A stretch of 64,000 nt of DNA from Bacteroidota bacterium (lineage in GTDB: Bacteria; Bacteroidota; Bacteroidia; Bacteroidales; DTGW01): assembly GCA_029550865.1 (NCBI GenBank), contig JAKPGM010000075.1, positions 952 through 64,951 on the forward strand, written 5' to 3'. Both the position numbers and the translations under genes were made by a program. The notes beneath the pieces were generated by a model. That model had not been told where the DNA came from and did not search any database. It worked only from the letters and a program-made list of their open reading frames with translations. Shown here in pieces: positions 20,601 to 28,676 of this stretch (within the stretch, counting starts at the first letter, position 1; each line of letters opens with the position of its first letter).

Positions 20601-21905
20601 GAAGAAATAATTTTATGGCTCGATAGGGAAAAAATTGTTACCGTGTTTTTCAATATCATCTCTAATGCATTCAAATATTCGCCTGATAACTCAACCATAA
20701 CCGTTGAAATCGAGCGTTTGCATTCTTCCGATGGGGATATCGATTCATTTGTTGCAGTTAAAGTGATTGACGAGGGCATTGGGATTGAAAAAGAGTATCT
20801 TTCCCATATTTTTGATCGTTTTTACCAGGTTCAAGGTCCTCACCAGCATGGTAAGGCAGGTACAGGCATTGGACTGGCTATTTCGAAAGAATATGTCGAA
20901 GCTCATCAGGGTAAAATTACCGTTGAAAGTATCCCCTGTCATGGAACTACCTTTACGGTTATCTTACCCCTTCGAAAAGAACAATTGACAGATTTTATTG
21001 AGCTATCTCCCGATACGCTTACAGAAAATGAAAATAAGGAAGCTACTGCCCAACTTATTAATGCATTGTCTGCTACCATCGATTCGGGTTGGTCGTCGTC
21101 AATGAGTGAAGTCAAAAAATCTATGCTTATCGTGGAAGATAATGCCGATTTGTTGCATTATCTTGCCAATCGGTTCTCAGGTAAATATCACGTTACTGTG
21201 GCAGATAATGGTACAAAAGGCTTTCAGCTGGCTGTTGAGAAAAACCCCGATATCATCATTACCGATATTATGATGCCCGATATCGACGGAATAACACTCT
21301 GCCGAAAACTAAAAAATGACCTGCGTACCAGCCATATACCCATTATCATCCTTACCGCTCGGACAACCGAAGAAAGCAATATCGAAGGACTTGAAGCCGG
21401 TGCCGATGTTTATATTCAAAAACCATTTAACTTCGACATTTTAAAGGCACAGGTTAAGTCGCTACTTGAATCACGGGAGAAAATACGAATCAATTTTAGC
21501 AAAAATATTATTCTACAACCCCGTGAAGTTGTTGCTACTTCGCTTGACGAACGTTTTATGATGAAACTGATGGAGGTGATTGAAAAAAATATTGCTAATC
21601 CTGATTTTGGTATTAAGCATCTTACCGATGAGATGAACATGAGCCACTCGGTAATATTTAGAAAGGTGAAAGCCCTAACCGGTTCTAATGTAATTGAATT
21701 TATCCGTTCGGTACGTCTGAAAAAAGCTGCACAACTATTACAAAAACAAAAACTGCCCGTCTCGGAGGTAAGCTTGATGGTCGGTTTTAATGATGCTAAA
21801 TATTTTAGCAAATGTTTTATTAAAGAATTTGGCGTATCTCCGCGAGAATATGCTAAAGGAATAACTCCAGACAAACCCTCGCAAGAGGAAGAGAACCAAC
21901 AATAA
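17673..21905 (+). CDS. hybrid two-component system sensor/regulator (beta-propeller repeats, Y_Y_Y, HisKA, HATPase, receiver, AraC HTH)
   Basis: 1410 aa. Repeated ...W(I/L)GT..GL propeller motifs, TM helix, H-box FFTNISHELRTPLTLI, receiver LIVEDNADL...DIIITDIMMPDIDG, and AraC-type HTH at the C-terminus. Confidence 0.92.
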   Translation: MVKLGKYVHIFRSLLMVFIAFGWISQAVLSQPLDRVIFEHSALTASASVTSINTIVQDRAGFIWLGTHDGLFRFDGYDFKIFKNVPNNPNSLSNNQILSLAIDNKGRLWIATLGGGINIYLPESEKIIHAQNSPQIFQRIRSNEIWCLYLDKDNQMWIGTSDGLYRAEVSEKEGEIVKIQFKEYNNFSTSVPNQRFWVRCLFQDERQVFYVGTLSGLYQLDLSRNLLSPVSIPIVSYKMVTTICMGKKDDIWLGTIEDGVYHVNFDKSGNVIGVEEMASPNSKIYMPLKRIEKMIVDRFGNLWIASRQGLGRINLLSGQHTIYFADVNDRTSLSDNRLSSVYEDRNGVVWIGTENSGVNRVDLYQKQFITIRKTPKQQYSLSDNYVTALMGRNDQRIWVATDGGGIDRVMFKDGTYMVEKPAWNNQLLNKNILSIYEGEGGTLWFGSTRNAFGRVNLNTGQVSYNYIFGYVFSILEDSNGMVWLGTWGSGLYRYDKKNGRLDNFRKNYKDSTSLSSDIVIALYEDRNAQLWIGTKGGGVCRIMNDANEDNLQFEAYTNRYNDTTSLSHNDVYCILQSSKGDLWLGTGGGLNKMIVKHTPEGTRVLFKAYMEKDGLPNNTVYGILEDKEGNFWMSTNKGISRFNPTQSVFTNFDIHDGIQSNKFHLNAYMQDNKGRIYFGGSGGVTVFDPNAIQYNPFVPEVIFTALKIQGNEVNVDQKINGRVVLSQAINYTKELVITYKDKEFTLEFSSTHYAIPEKNKFRYRLVGFNDKWQEIPSKYRSITYTNLSQGDYVLQIMASNNDGVWPDKPRELKIKVLPPPWLTIWAFLIYAVLFALAVVLFKKYTLIKVTRKHQLVIDSLEKSKIEELSKMKIQFFTNISHELRTPLTLISNPLQDLLASKKIDATVKKELSVIQRNVDRLLQLVNQLLDFRKIDSGELKLKITQTNLVELLGEICNSFEQYATSRNINLQYLHKDEEIILWLDREKIVTVFFNIISNAFKYSPDNSTITVEIERLHSSDGDIDSFVAVKVIDEGIGIEKEYLSHIFDRFYQVQGPHQHGKAGTGIGLAISKEYVEAHQGKITVESIPCHGTTFTVILPLRKEQLTDFIELSPDTLTENENKEATAQLINALSATIDSGWSSSMSEVKKSMLIVEDNADLLHYLANRFSGKYHVTVADNGTKGFQLAVEKNPDIIITDIMMPDIDGITLCRKLKNDLRTSHIPIIILTARTTEESNIEGLEAGADVYIQKPFNFDILKAQVKSLLESREKIRINFSKNIILQPREVVATSLDERFMMKLMEVIEKNIANPDFGIKHLTDEMNMSHSVIFRKVKALTGSNVIEFIRSVRLKKAAQLLQKQKLPVSEVSLMVGFNDAKYFSKCFIKEFGVSPREYAKGITPDKPSQEEENQQ

Positions 21906-21981
21906 ACAATATTAGTTTTATCTTATACGACACCTGAAAGTTTATGGTGTTATGAGCTATGTAATTTGATACTACTTCATG

Positions 21982-22881
21982 CTATGTGGCCTGAACCGTC
22001 TGCACATTGCCAATTAAAAGGGAATAGTTTGAAAATGAATCAATAACACGGATATTCGAAGGAAAACTAAAATCACTGTAGTCGATGGAATGTATTAAAA
22101 AAAGATAAATATCTGCTGTGGTTAACTGTGCGAGTTTGACAAGAAAATTTTGAAACGATTCTGTAATAATGGGCAAGGAAAGACTGGTAATTATCCGATG
22201 AAAGGTTTTTTGTTCAATGAGTTTTTCAAGGTCTGAAAAAGAAGCAACACGACCAAGATATAGGCTTGGGAAACCATTTTTTCGCAAAATGTACTGCAAA
22301 AAAAGTGGCCATATTTCGTTCTTTTCCGGTTCAAAAATAAAGACCAGGGGTCGATCGGCCGATGGATTGTATTTTTCCCTCTGTGAATCGATAGCAACTA
22401 TAAGTCGTTGACGTATAAGATAATATGCAAACTTCACCTGTGGAATAGAGAGGGTATTGGTTTGCAAGAGAATATCCAGTCGATTCTGAAGGGGTATAAT
22501 GAGCTTGATAAATGTTTCCTCTAATCCATACTTCAAAATATGATTGAGTAAATAACGTTCTATATTTTCCTCGTCGTATTCCATTATGCTCACAATCATA
22601 TTTTCAATAACATCATCGGCCTTGCCCGACTGCTGGGAAAGCATTAACACCTTTTCCCCTATCTCATTTTCTGAAAGTTTTGCTATTTGCGAGATTTTAA
22701 AGCCATGACGAACCAGGATGGAAATATTCAATAAGCGTCTCAACTCCTGATCGTTATAATAACGAATGTTGGAAGTGGTACGACAGGGTTGTATAAGTCC
22801 GTACCGCTTTTCCCATATACGAATTGTATGTGCTTTTATACCACTTAGTTTTTCTAAATCCTTTATAGAAAACTTGCCCAT
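21982..22881 (-). CDS. MerR-family transcriptional regulator with CarH/LitR-like C-terminal domain
   Basis: MGKFSIKDLEKLSGIKAHTIRIWEKRYGL is a MerR HTH. The C-terminal Rossmann-like segment LVFIFEPEKNEIWPLFLQYILRKNGFPSLYLG resembles a B12-binding domain. ATG at 22881. Confidence 0.75.
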   Translation of the reverse strand: MGKFSIKDLEKLSGIKAHTIRIWEKRYGLIQPCRTTSNIRYYNDQELRRLLNISILVRHGFKISQIAKLSENEIGEKVLMLSQQSGKADDVIENMIVSIMEYDEENIERYLLNHILKYGLEETFIKLIIPLQNRLDILLQTNTLSIPQVKFAYYLIRQRLIVAIDSQREKYNPSADRPLVFIFEPEKNEIWPLFLQYILRKNGFPSLYLGRVASFSDLEKLIEQKTFHRIITSLSLPIITESFQNFLVKLAQLTTADIYLFLIHSIDYSDFSFPSNIRVIDSFSNYSLLIGNVQTVQAT

Positions 22882-23020
22882 GTAACACTTGAAATTTAAT
22901 GTCATTAACAAAATTTAGGACAAAAAAGTTTAATAAATCCTTAATTCCTTTTTGCCTACACAAATACCACCGTTGTAGTTGGGTTAAGTAAAAGTCATGA
23001 ATCAATTCATGATAATTGCC

Positions 23021-23028
23021 TATTTTTG
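23021..23028 (+). promoter_or_regulatory. candidate -7 promoter element TATTTTTG
   Basis: 22 nt upstream of ATG 23051. It lies inside the longer ORF-track prediction (22997), so it supports the shorter start. Confidence 0.4.
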
Positions 23029-23050
23029 CAGCGCTAAACAATGTATCGTG

Positions 23051-24214
23051 ATGCAGCAAAACAATACGCCTATTGACTGGGAAAAAATTCCTTCTCCAGC
23101 TTATGTTATATCCGAGGAATTGCTTCGAAAAAATCTTGAAACAATTGCCAAAGTACGGGAAGAAGCCGGTGTTAGCATTATACTTGCGCTGAAAGGCTTT
23201 GCTATGTGGAAAGTCTTTCCCATTATACGGGAATACGGTTTTATCTATGCCACTGCCAGCTCATACAATGAGGCTCAACTGGCCTTTGATACCATGGGAA
23301 CACCGGTACATACCTACTGCCCGGCATATGCTGACATTGATTTTGAGGCTATTGCCAGAATGAGTAGCCATTTAACTTTTAACTCATTATCGCAGTACGA
23401 GCGCTTTGCTGCTACTGCTCGAACCATTAATCCGACTATAAGCCTTGGATTGCGCGTTAATCCCGAGTACTCTGAAGTCAAAACACTCCTATACAATCCC
23501 TGCGCCCCGGGATCACGTTTGGGAATTAGTGCTGATGAGCTTGGGCAAAAAGGTTTACCCGATGGAGTAGAGGGGTTACATTTTCATTCTCTTTGTGAAT
23601 CTACCTCCTATGCGCTCGAAAATACTTTGAAAGCTTTTGAAACAAAATTTGGCCAATATCTGCATCGGATGAAGTGGTTGAATATGGGAGGAGGTCACCT
23701 GATGACCCGAAAAGATTACGATCGCCAACATCTGGTTAAGGTACTCCGCAATTTTAAGGATCGTTATCCTCACCTCGAAATTATCCTTGAACCTGGAGCA
23801 GCCTTTGTTTGGGAAACAGGATATCTGATGGCGACGGTTCTCGATATCGTTGAAAATCATGGTATAAAAACCGCCATGCTCGATGTTTCGTTTACTGCTC
23901 ATATGCCCGACTGTCTGGAAATGCCCTATAAGCCTGTAATATTAGGAGCTACCGACGAACTGGAAGGATTACCTACCTACAGGATGGGGGGAAATAGCTG
24001 CCTTGCTGGTGATTATATGGGTAACTGGTCATTCGATCATGAATTGTCGATCGGCGAAAAAATAATTTTCAACGATATGATCCATTACACCATGGTAAAA
24101 ACTACCATGTTTAATGGAGTGCGTCACCCCCACATTGGCATGTGGACACGTGATGGAGAGTTTAAACTTTTCCGTACCTTCGACTACAACGATTATAAAA
24201 ATCGCATGTGTTGA
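23051..24214 (+). CDS. nspC: carboxynorspermidine/carboxyspermidine decarboxylase
   Basis: N-terminus IPSPAYVISEELLRKNLE and the overall alanine-racemase-fold decarboxylase pattern (GGGHLMT, CLAGDY) are typical of NspC. Confidence 0.8.
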   Translation: MQQNNTPIDWEKIPSPAYVISEELLRKNLETIAKVREEAGVSIILALKGFAMWKVFPIIREYGFIYATASSYNEAQLAFDTMGTPVHTYCPAYADIDFEAIARMSSHLTFNSLSQYERFAATARTINPTISLGLRVNPEYSEVKTLLYNPCAPGSRLGISADELGQKGLPDGVEGLHFHSLCESTSYALENTLKAFETKFGQYLHRMKWLNMGGGHLMTRKDYDRQHLVKVLRNFKDRYPHLEIILEPGAAFVWETGYLMATVLDIVENHGIKTAMLDVSFTAHMPDCLEMPYKPVILGATDELEGLPTYRMGGNSCLAGDYMGNWSFDHELSIGEKIIFNDMIHYTMVKTTMFNGVRHPHIGMWTRDGEFKLFRTFDYNDYKNRMC

Positions 24215-24225
24215 GCAATAAATAC

Positions 24226-25473
24226 TTACTCGAGCGAATGTAGGAATAAGCCACTGCGCAACTTGGGTTCAAACCAGGTGGTCTTGGGAGGCATAATATT
24301 TCCGGTGTCGGCGATATCGATAAGTTGTTTCATCGAAACTGGATAAAGGGCAAATGCCGCTGCCATTTCACCGCTATCGACCCGTCGCTTGAGTTCTCCC
24401 AGTCCTCGGATACCTCCAACAAAGTCAATACGTTTCGAATTTCGCAAATCGGTAATGTTTAATAAGGGCGTAAGCACCAATTCCGAGAGTATCGTTACAT
24501 CAAGACAACCAATAGGATCATTATCGTTGTAAAGTCCTTCTTTGGGTGTTAACGAATACCATTCGCCTTGCAGATAAAGGCTAAAATTGTGTAACCGTTG
24601 GGGCTTATATTCTTGTGCTCCTTTGTTCTCAATTATGAATGACTGCGAAAGTTTTTCAAGAAACTCGCTGGCAGAGTATCCATTCAAATCGGTTACTACG
24701 CGGTTGTAGTCGATAATAGTAAGCTGGCTGGCTGGAAAGTGAACAGCCATAAAATAATTGTATTCCTCGTTTCCAGTATGAAAAGGATTAGCCTTTCGAC
24801 GTTCCAGACCAACATGTGCGGCTGCTGCAGTACGATGGTGTCCGTCGGCAACGTAGGTGTAAGGAATCTCTGTACGAAACAGCGTCTCAATTCTTTCAAT
24901 ATCTTTGTCCTCATTTATCACCCATAGATGATGCCCAACACCATCCTCGAGCGTAAAATCGTATTCGGGCTGTTTTTTAATGTATTGCTCCATGATAGAC
25001 CATAGCTCCGTATGATCGGGAAAGGCAAAAAATACGGGCTCGGCATTGAAGTTGGTGATACGTATATGATTCTTACGATCTTCCTCTTTATCAACACGGG
25101 TCAACTCATGCTTCTTGATAATATTCTGCATGTAATCATCTACGGAAGCACAACCTACTATGCCATATTGCGTTTTGCCCCACATGGTCTGGGCATATAT
25201 GTAATAGCAAGGCTTGGATTCTTGAAAAAACCAGCCTTTTTGTATCATCTTATTTAAATTCTCCTTGGCTTTCTGATAGACCTCTGGAGCATGAATGTCA
25301 ATTTCAGCGGGTAAATCAATCTCCGATTTTGTGACATGCAAAAAAGAATATTCATTCCCCTGCGCTTCTTGTCTGGCTTCTTCCGAATTTAGTACATCGT
25401 AAGGACGTGAAGCAATTTTAGCTGCCAGTTCTTTTAACGGCCTATAAGCACGAAAAGGTTTAACTATTGCCAT
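24226..25473 (-). CDS. DUF1015 domain-containing protein
   Basis: Characteristic N-terminus MAIVKPFRAYRP...ASRPYDVL and ADGHHR motif. Confidence 0.8.
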   Translation of the reverse strand: MAIVKPFRAYRPLKELAAKIASRPYDVLNSEEARQEAQGNEYSFLHVTKSEIDLPAEIDIHAPEVYQKAKENLNKMIQKGWFFQESKPCYYIYAQTMWGKTQYGIVGCASVDDYMQNIIKKHELTRVDKEEDRKNHIRITNFNAEPVFFAFPDHTELWSIMEQYIKKQPEYDFTLEDGVGHHLWVINEDKDIERIETLFRTEIPYTYVADGHHRTAAAAHVGLERRKANPFHTGNEEYNYFMAVHFPASQLTIIDYNRVVTDLNGYSASEFLEKLSQSFIIENKGAQEYKPQRLHNFSLYLQGEWYSLTPKEGLYNDNDPIGCLDVTILSELVLTPLLNITDLRNSKRIDFVGGIRGLGELKRRVDSGEMAAAFALYPVSMKQLIDIADTGNIMPPKTTWFEPKLRSGLFLHSLE

Positions 25474-25491
25474 TTCAAAAAAATTTGGCTG

Positions 25492-25499
25492 CAAACCTA
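25492..25499 (-). promoter_or_regulatory. candidate -7 promoter element for the DUF1015 gene
   Basis: Minus-strand TAGGTTTG lies 19 nt upstream of ATG 25473 and overlaps the alternative TTG start at 25494. Confidence 0.35.
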
Positions 25500-25607
25500 C
25501 ATGTTTTTTTTTAAAATTTTAAAAAAAAATTATTAACACAATATTTTACATTTTTTTATTTCGTTTTTCGATACTAATTTCGTGTCAGAAAAAATAGAGG
25601 GGGAAGC

Positions 25608-26054
25608 ATGCAGGTGTATTCGCTACAAATAGCATGGATAGTGGTTTCTACATTTTTTCTTTCTTGTACCAGGGTGCCCATTGAATTGGGTAAAATTGAA
25701 AATTTTCGTGTAGAGCGTGTAACCACCGAATCGATATCTTGCAGTATGGATGTTCCCATTACCAACCATTCAATATTTCCTTTTACGGTTGAAAAAGGGG
25801 AGCTAAGCGCTTATTTTGAAAACGAGCGTATTGGGAGTGCTCACATTACCGAGGCGGTACGTATAGCATCGTGGGGTACGAGGACTTATCCCATTAAGTT
25901 ACACCTGATGCTCGAAAATCCTGAAGCCAGTACCCATATGGCGGTAAATGCCCTAATGGGGCGACGAAATACGTATTTTATTCGTGGAACTGTGAACGCT
26001 CGTTCCATAATTTTTCAGCGAAAGATTGCCATCGAAAAAACCATTGTCAAATAA
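25608..26054 (+). CDS. LEA type-2 / NDR1-HIN1-like lipoprotein
   Basis: Lipobox FFLSC. The alternating beta pattern FRVERVTTESISCSMDVPITNHSIFPFTVEKGELSAYFENERIGS matches the bacterial LEA_2 architecture by eye. Confidence 0.45.
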   Translation: MQVYSLQIAWIVVSTFFLSCTRVPIELGKIENFRVERVTTESISCSMDVPITNHSIFPFTVEKGELSAYFENERIGSAHITEAVRIASWGTRTYPIKLHLMLENPEASTHMAVNALMGRRNTYFIRGTVNARSIIFQRKIAIEKTIVK

Positions 26055-26315
26055 TTTTGGCTAACTTTGCTGGGCAAAATGAAACACTTTTATGCTTTTA
26101 GTTAGCAACAAAGCATTAAGTGTTGCATTCATTGTAAAAAAGTCGAATGGCTGAAGCATGTTAGTAGTAAACACAGGCAAAAAGTTAAGCATTAATGTAG
26201 ATGTCTGTGATTGTGTTACAAACTTGTATTCCAAAATATCAATAAGTGGAGTATACCATGCTTTCATGCTTAAACAATCATTCGACCGTTATTTAAAAAT
26301 TAAAAATATTTACGG

Positions 26316-26777
26316 ATGAAGATATTCCTCAGCTGGTTTGGCGTGTTTATTACAACGCTGGTTTTTGCCCAGAATTCAGAGACTTCCTCCCATCAGGTAA
26401 ATATTTTTTCCACCCTCATGCAACCGTTCCCACAGCAGGGAAAAGTCAGTATTCATCAGGATAAAAGTATTGAGCAACTTATGCTTAGGTATGTTGCTTA
26501 TCGAAATACTTTTACGCAGCTTTCGGGCTATCGCATAAGAATATTTTCGGCATCTGGTTCTTCGGCTCGTACCCGAGCTTATGCCGAACGCGACCGTTTC
26601 GCATCATTATATCCTCGCTATCCTATCTATCTCGAATATGAGGCTCCAAATTTTAAAGTGTATATTGGCGATTTTCGTAATAGGCACGAGGCATTTCGAG
26701 TTTTTAAACAAGTATCCGTTGATTTTAAGAATGCTTTTATTGTTCCTGCAAATATAAATTTACCCAAAATTGATTAA
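26316..26777 (+). CDS. SPOR domain-containing protein
   Basis: Signal peptide plus GYRIRIFSASGSSARTRAYAERDRFASLYPRYPIYLEYEAPNFKVYIGDFRNRHEA. Confidence 0.7.
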   Translation: MKIFLSWFGVFITTLVFAQNSETSSHQVNIFSTLMQPFPQQGKVSIHQDKSIEQLMLRYVAYRNTFTQLSGYRIRIFSASGSSARTRAYAERDRFASLYPRYPIYLEYEAPNFKVYIGDFRNRHEAFRVFKQVSVDFKNAFIVPANINLPKID

Positions 26778-26783
26778 TTTTCC

Positions 26784-28676
26784 ATGAGTGAACTCATAAA
26801 ACACGAATGCGGAATTGCTCTGATACGGCTACTCAAACCTTTGGAATATTATCAGTTTAAGTATGGTACCTGGCGCTTTGGGCTTCAGAAGTTGTACCTG
26901 CTCATGGAAAAACAACACAACAGAGGGCAGGATGGAGCTGGTATTGCTTGTGTTAAGCTGAATGCACAACCCGGTACTCCTTATATCGATCGGCAACGAT
27001 CCAACTCTGCTTCCTCCATCGAAGCTATTTTTCAAGCCATCAACACCGAATATGCTCGTTACGATGATAAATTGGTAAACGATCCTACCTGGGCAAAAGC
27101 CAATTTGCCTTTTGCTGGCGAATTGTATATGGGTCACTTGCGATATGGAACATTTGGTGGTAATAATATCGAAAATGTTCATCCTGTACTGCGCGAGAAT
27201 AACTGGCAAACGCGTAATCTTTTGCTTGCAGGCAACTTCAATCTTACCAATGTGGATGAGATTTTTAATCATCTGCTTGAGCTGGGGCAGCATCCCAAAG
27301 ATTTCTCCGATACTGTTACCATCCTCGAAAATGTAGGACATTTTCTCGACATGGAAGTTCAGCGCAAATTTGTTCTTTTTAAAACCCAGGGATACGACAA
27401 TCGGGAAATTTCGGAATTAATTGCTGAACATCTTGACATTCAAAGCATATTGCGCGAGTCGAGTAAACGGTGGGATGGGGGATACGCTATTGTCGGAATT
27501 ATAGGTCATGGCGATGCTTTTGTTATGCGCGATCCAAACGGTATTCGGCCTGCGTATTACTTTTATAATGACGAAGTGGCCGTGGTTGCTTCGGAGCGAA
27601 CAGTAATCCAGACAGTAATGAATGCCTCTTACGAAGAGGTTCACGAACTTCAACCGGGCTATGCTTTTATTGTACGAAAAGACGGTTTCATTTCTACTGA
27701 AGAAATTCGACCCCCACAGGAACGAAGAGCTTGCTCCTTTGAACGAATCTATTTCTCCAGAGGAAGCGATAAAGATATTTATCACGAAAGAAAAAAGTTG
27801 GGAGAATTGCTTACCCCCGCCATCCTCGAGGCAATTGATTACGATATCGAAAATACTGTATTTTCGTACATACCCAACACCGCTGAATCGGCTTTTTATG
27901 GAATGATTGTGGGTATCGATAATTATGTGAAAGAAAAAATTAAACAGCAAATCCTAACAGAAGGGAAAAATCTTACCCCCGAGCGTCTGGAACAGTTAAT
28001 GTCGATTCGACCCAGGATTGAAAAAATTGCGCATAAGGATATTAAACTCCGAACTTTTATAGCCCAGGACAAGGGACGTGACGACCTGGTGGGGCATGTA
28101 TACGATATCACCTACGGAACCATACGCGAAGGAAAAGATAATCTGGTGATCATCGATGATTCCATTGTTCGAGGAACCACGCTCAAACGCTCTATAATCC
28201 GTATTCTTGACCGTTTAAATCCAAAACGAATTATTGTGGTCTCCTCATCCCCTCAGATTCGTTACCCCGATTGCTATGGCATTGATATGGCTAAATTATC
28301 CGACTTTATTGCGTTTCGTGCCGCTATTGCTTTGTTGAAAGAGACTGGGCGTGAAAGCATCATTAACGAGGTATACAAAAAATCGAAAGCACAGCAGAAT
28401 CTTCCCAAAGAAGAAATTGTGAATTATGTAAAAGAAATTTATGCTCCATTTACCGATCAACAGATTTCTGACAAGATTGCCCAAATGCTGCATTCACCTG
28501 ATATTAAAGCTGAAATTAAAATTGTTTATCAGACAGTAGAAAACCTCCACAAGGCCTGCCCAAATCATACAGGTGACTGGTATTTTACGGGCAACTATCC
28601 TACCCCGGGAGGAAATAAGGTGGTTAATACCTCGTTTATTAACTTTATCGAGGGCCGTAATCAAAGAGCTTACTGA
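26784..28676 (+). CDS. purF: amidophosphoribosyltransferase (long Bacteroidota-type)
   Basis: N-terminal nucleophile context HECGIALIR, glutamine amidotransferase class II pattern, and PRTase loop VIIDDSIVRGTT. Confidence 0.88.
   Translation: MSELIKHECGIALIRLLKPLEYYQFKYGTWRFGLQKLYLLMEKQHNRGQDGAGIACVKLNAQPGTPYIDRQRSNSASSIEAIFQAINTEYARYDDKLVNDPTWAKANLPFAGELYMGHLRYGTFGGNNIENVHPVLRENNWQTRNLLLAGNFNLTNVDEIFNHLLELGQHPKDFSDTVTILENVGHFLDMEVQRKFVLFKTQGYDNREISELIAEHLDIQSILRESSKRWDGGYAIVGIIGHGDAFVMRDPNGIRPAYYFYNDEVAVVASERTVIQTVMNASYEEVHELQPGYAFIVRKDGFISTEEIRPPQERRACSFERIYFSRGSDKDIYHERKKLGELLTPAILEAIDYDIENTVFSYIPNTAESAFYGMIVGIDNYVKEKIKQQILTEGKNLTPERLEQLMSIRPRIEKIAHKDIKLRTFIAQDKGRDDLVGHVYDITYGTIREGKDNLVIIDDSIVRGTTLKRSIIRILDRLNPKRIIVVSSSPQIRYPDCYGIDMAKLSDFIAFRAAIALLKETGRESIINEVYKKSKAQQNLPKEEIVNYVKEIYAPFTDQQISDKIAQMLHSPDIKAEIKIVYQTVENLHKACPNHTGDWYFTGNYPTPGGNKVVNTSFINFIEGRNQRAY

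Noticed and set aside
26055-26315. An intergenic region with four AAGCAT/ATGCTT-like words, a small GCAACA...TGTTGC hairpin, and a 68-aa minus-strand ORF (26061-26267).
   Set aside because: The word repeats are short and irregularly spaced, the hairpin is only 6 bp, and the ORF has no signal or motif. This is not enough for an ncRNA, operator or CDS call.
26829-27950. Two long antisense ORFs (170 and 177 aa) inside purF. Similar cases occur elsewhere: 59032-59520 in the hybrid kinase, 21416-21874 in the hybrid two-component sensor, 11169-11609 in the TonB receptor, 38323-38754 in DUF438, and 49292-49699 and 50078-50494 in cysD/cysN.
   Set aside because: Each lies wholly inside a gene with strong, motif-supported homology on the opposite strand. 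Their translations are low-complexity or compositionally odd with no recognisable motifs. This is typical shadow-ORF behaviour.
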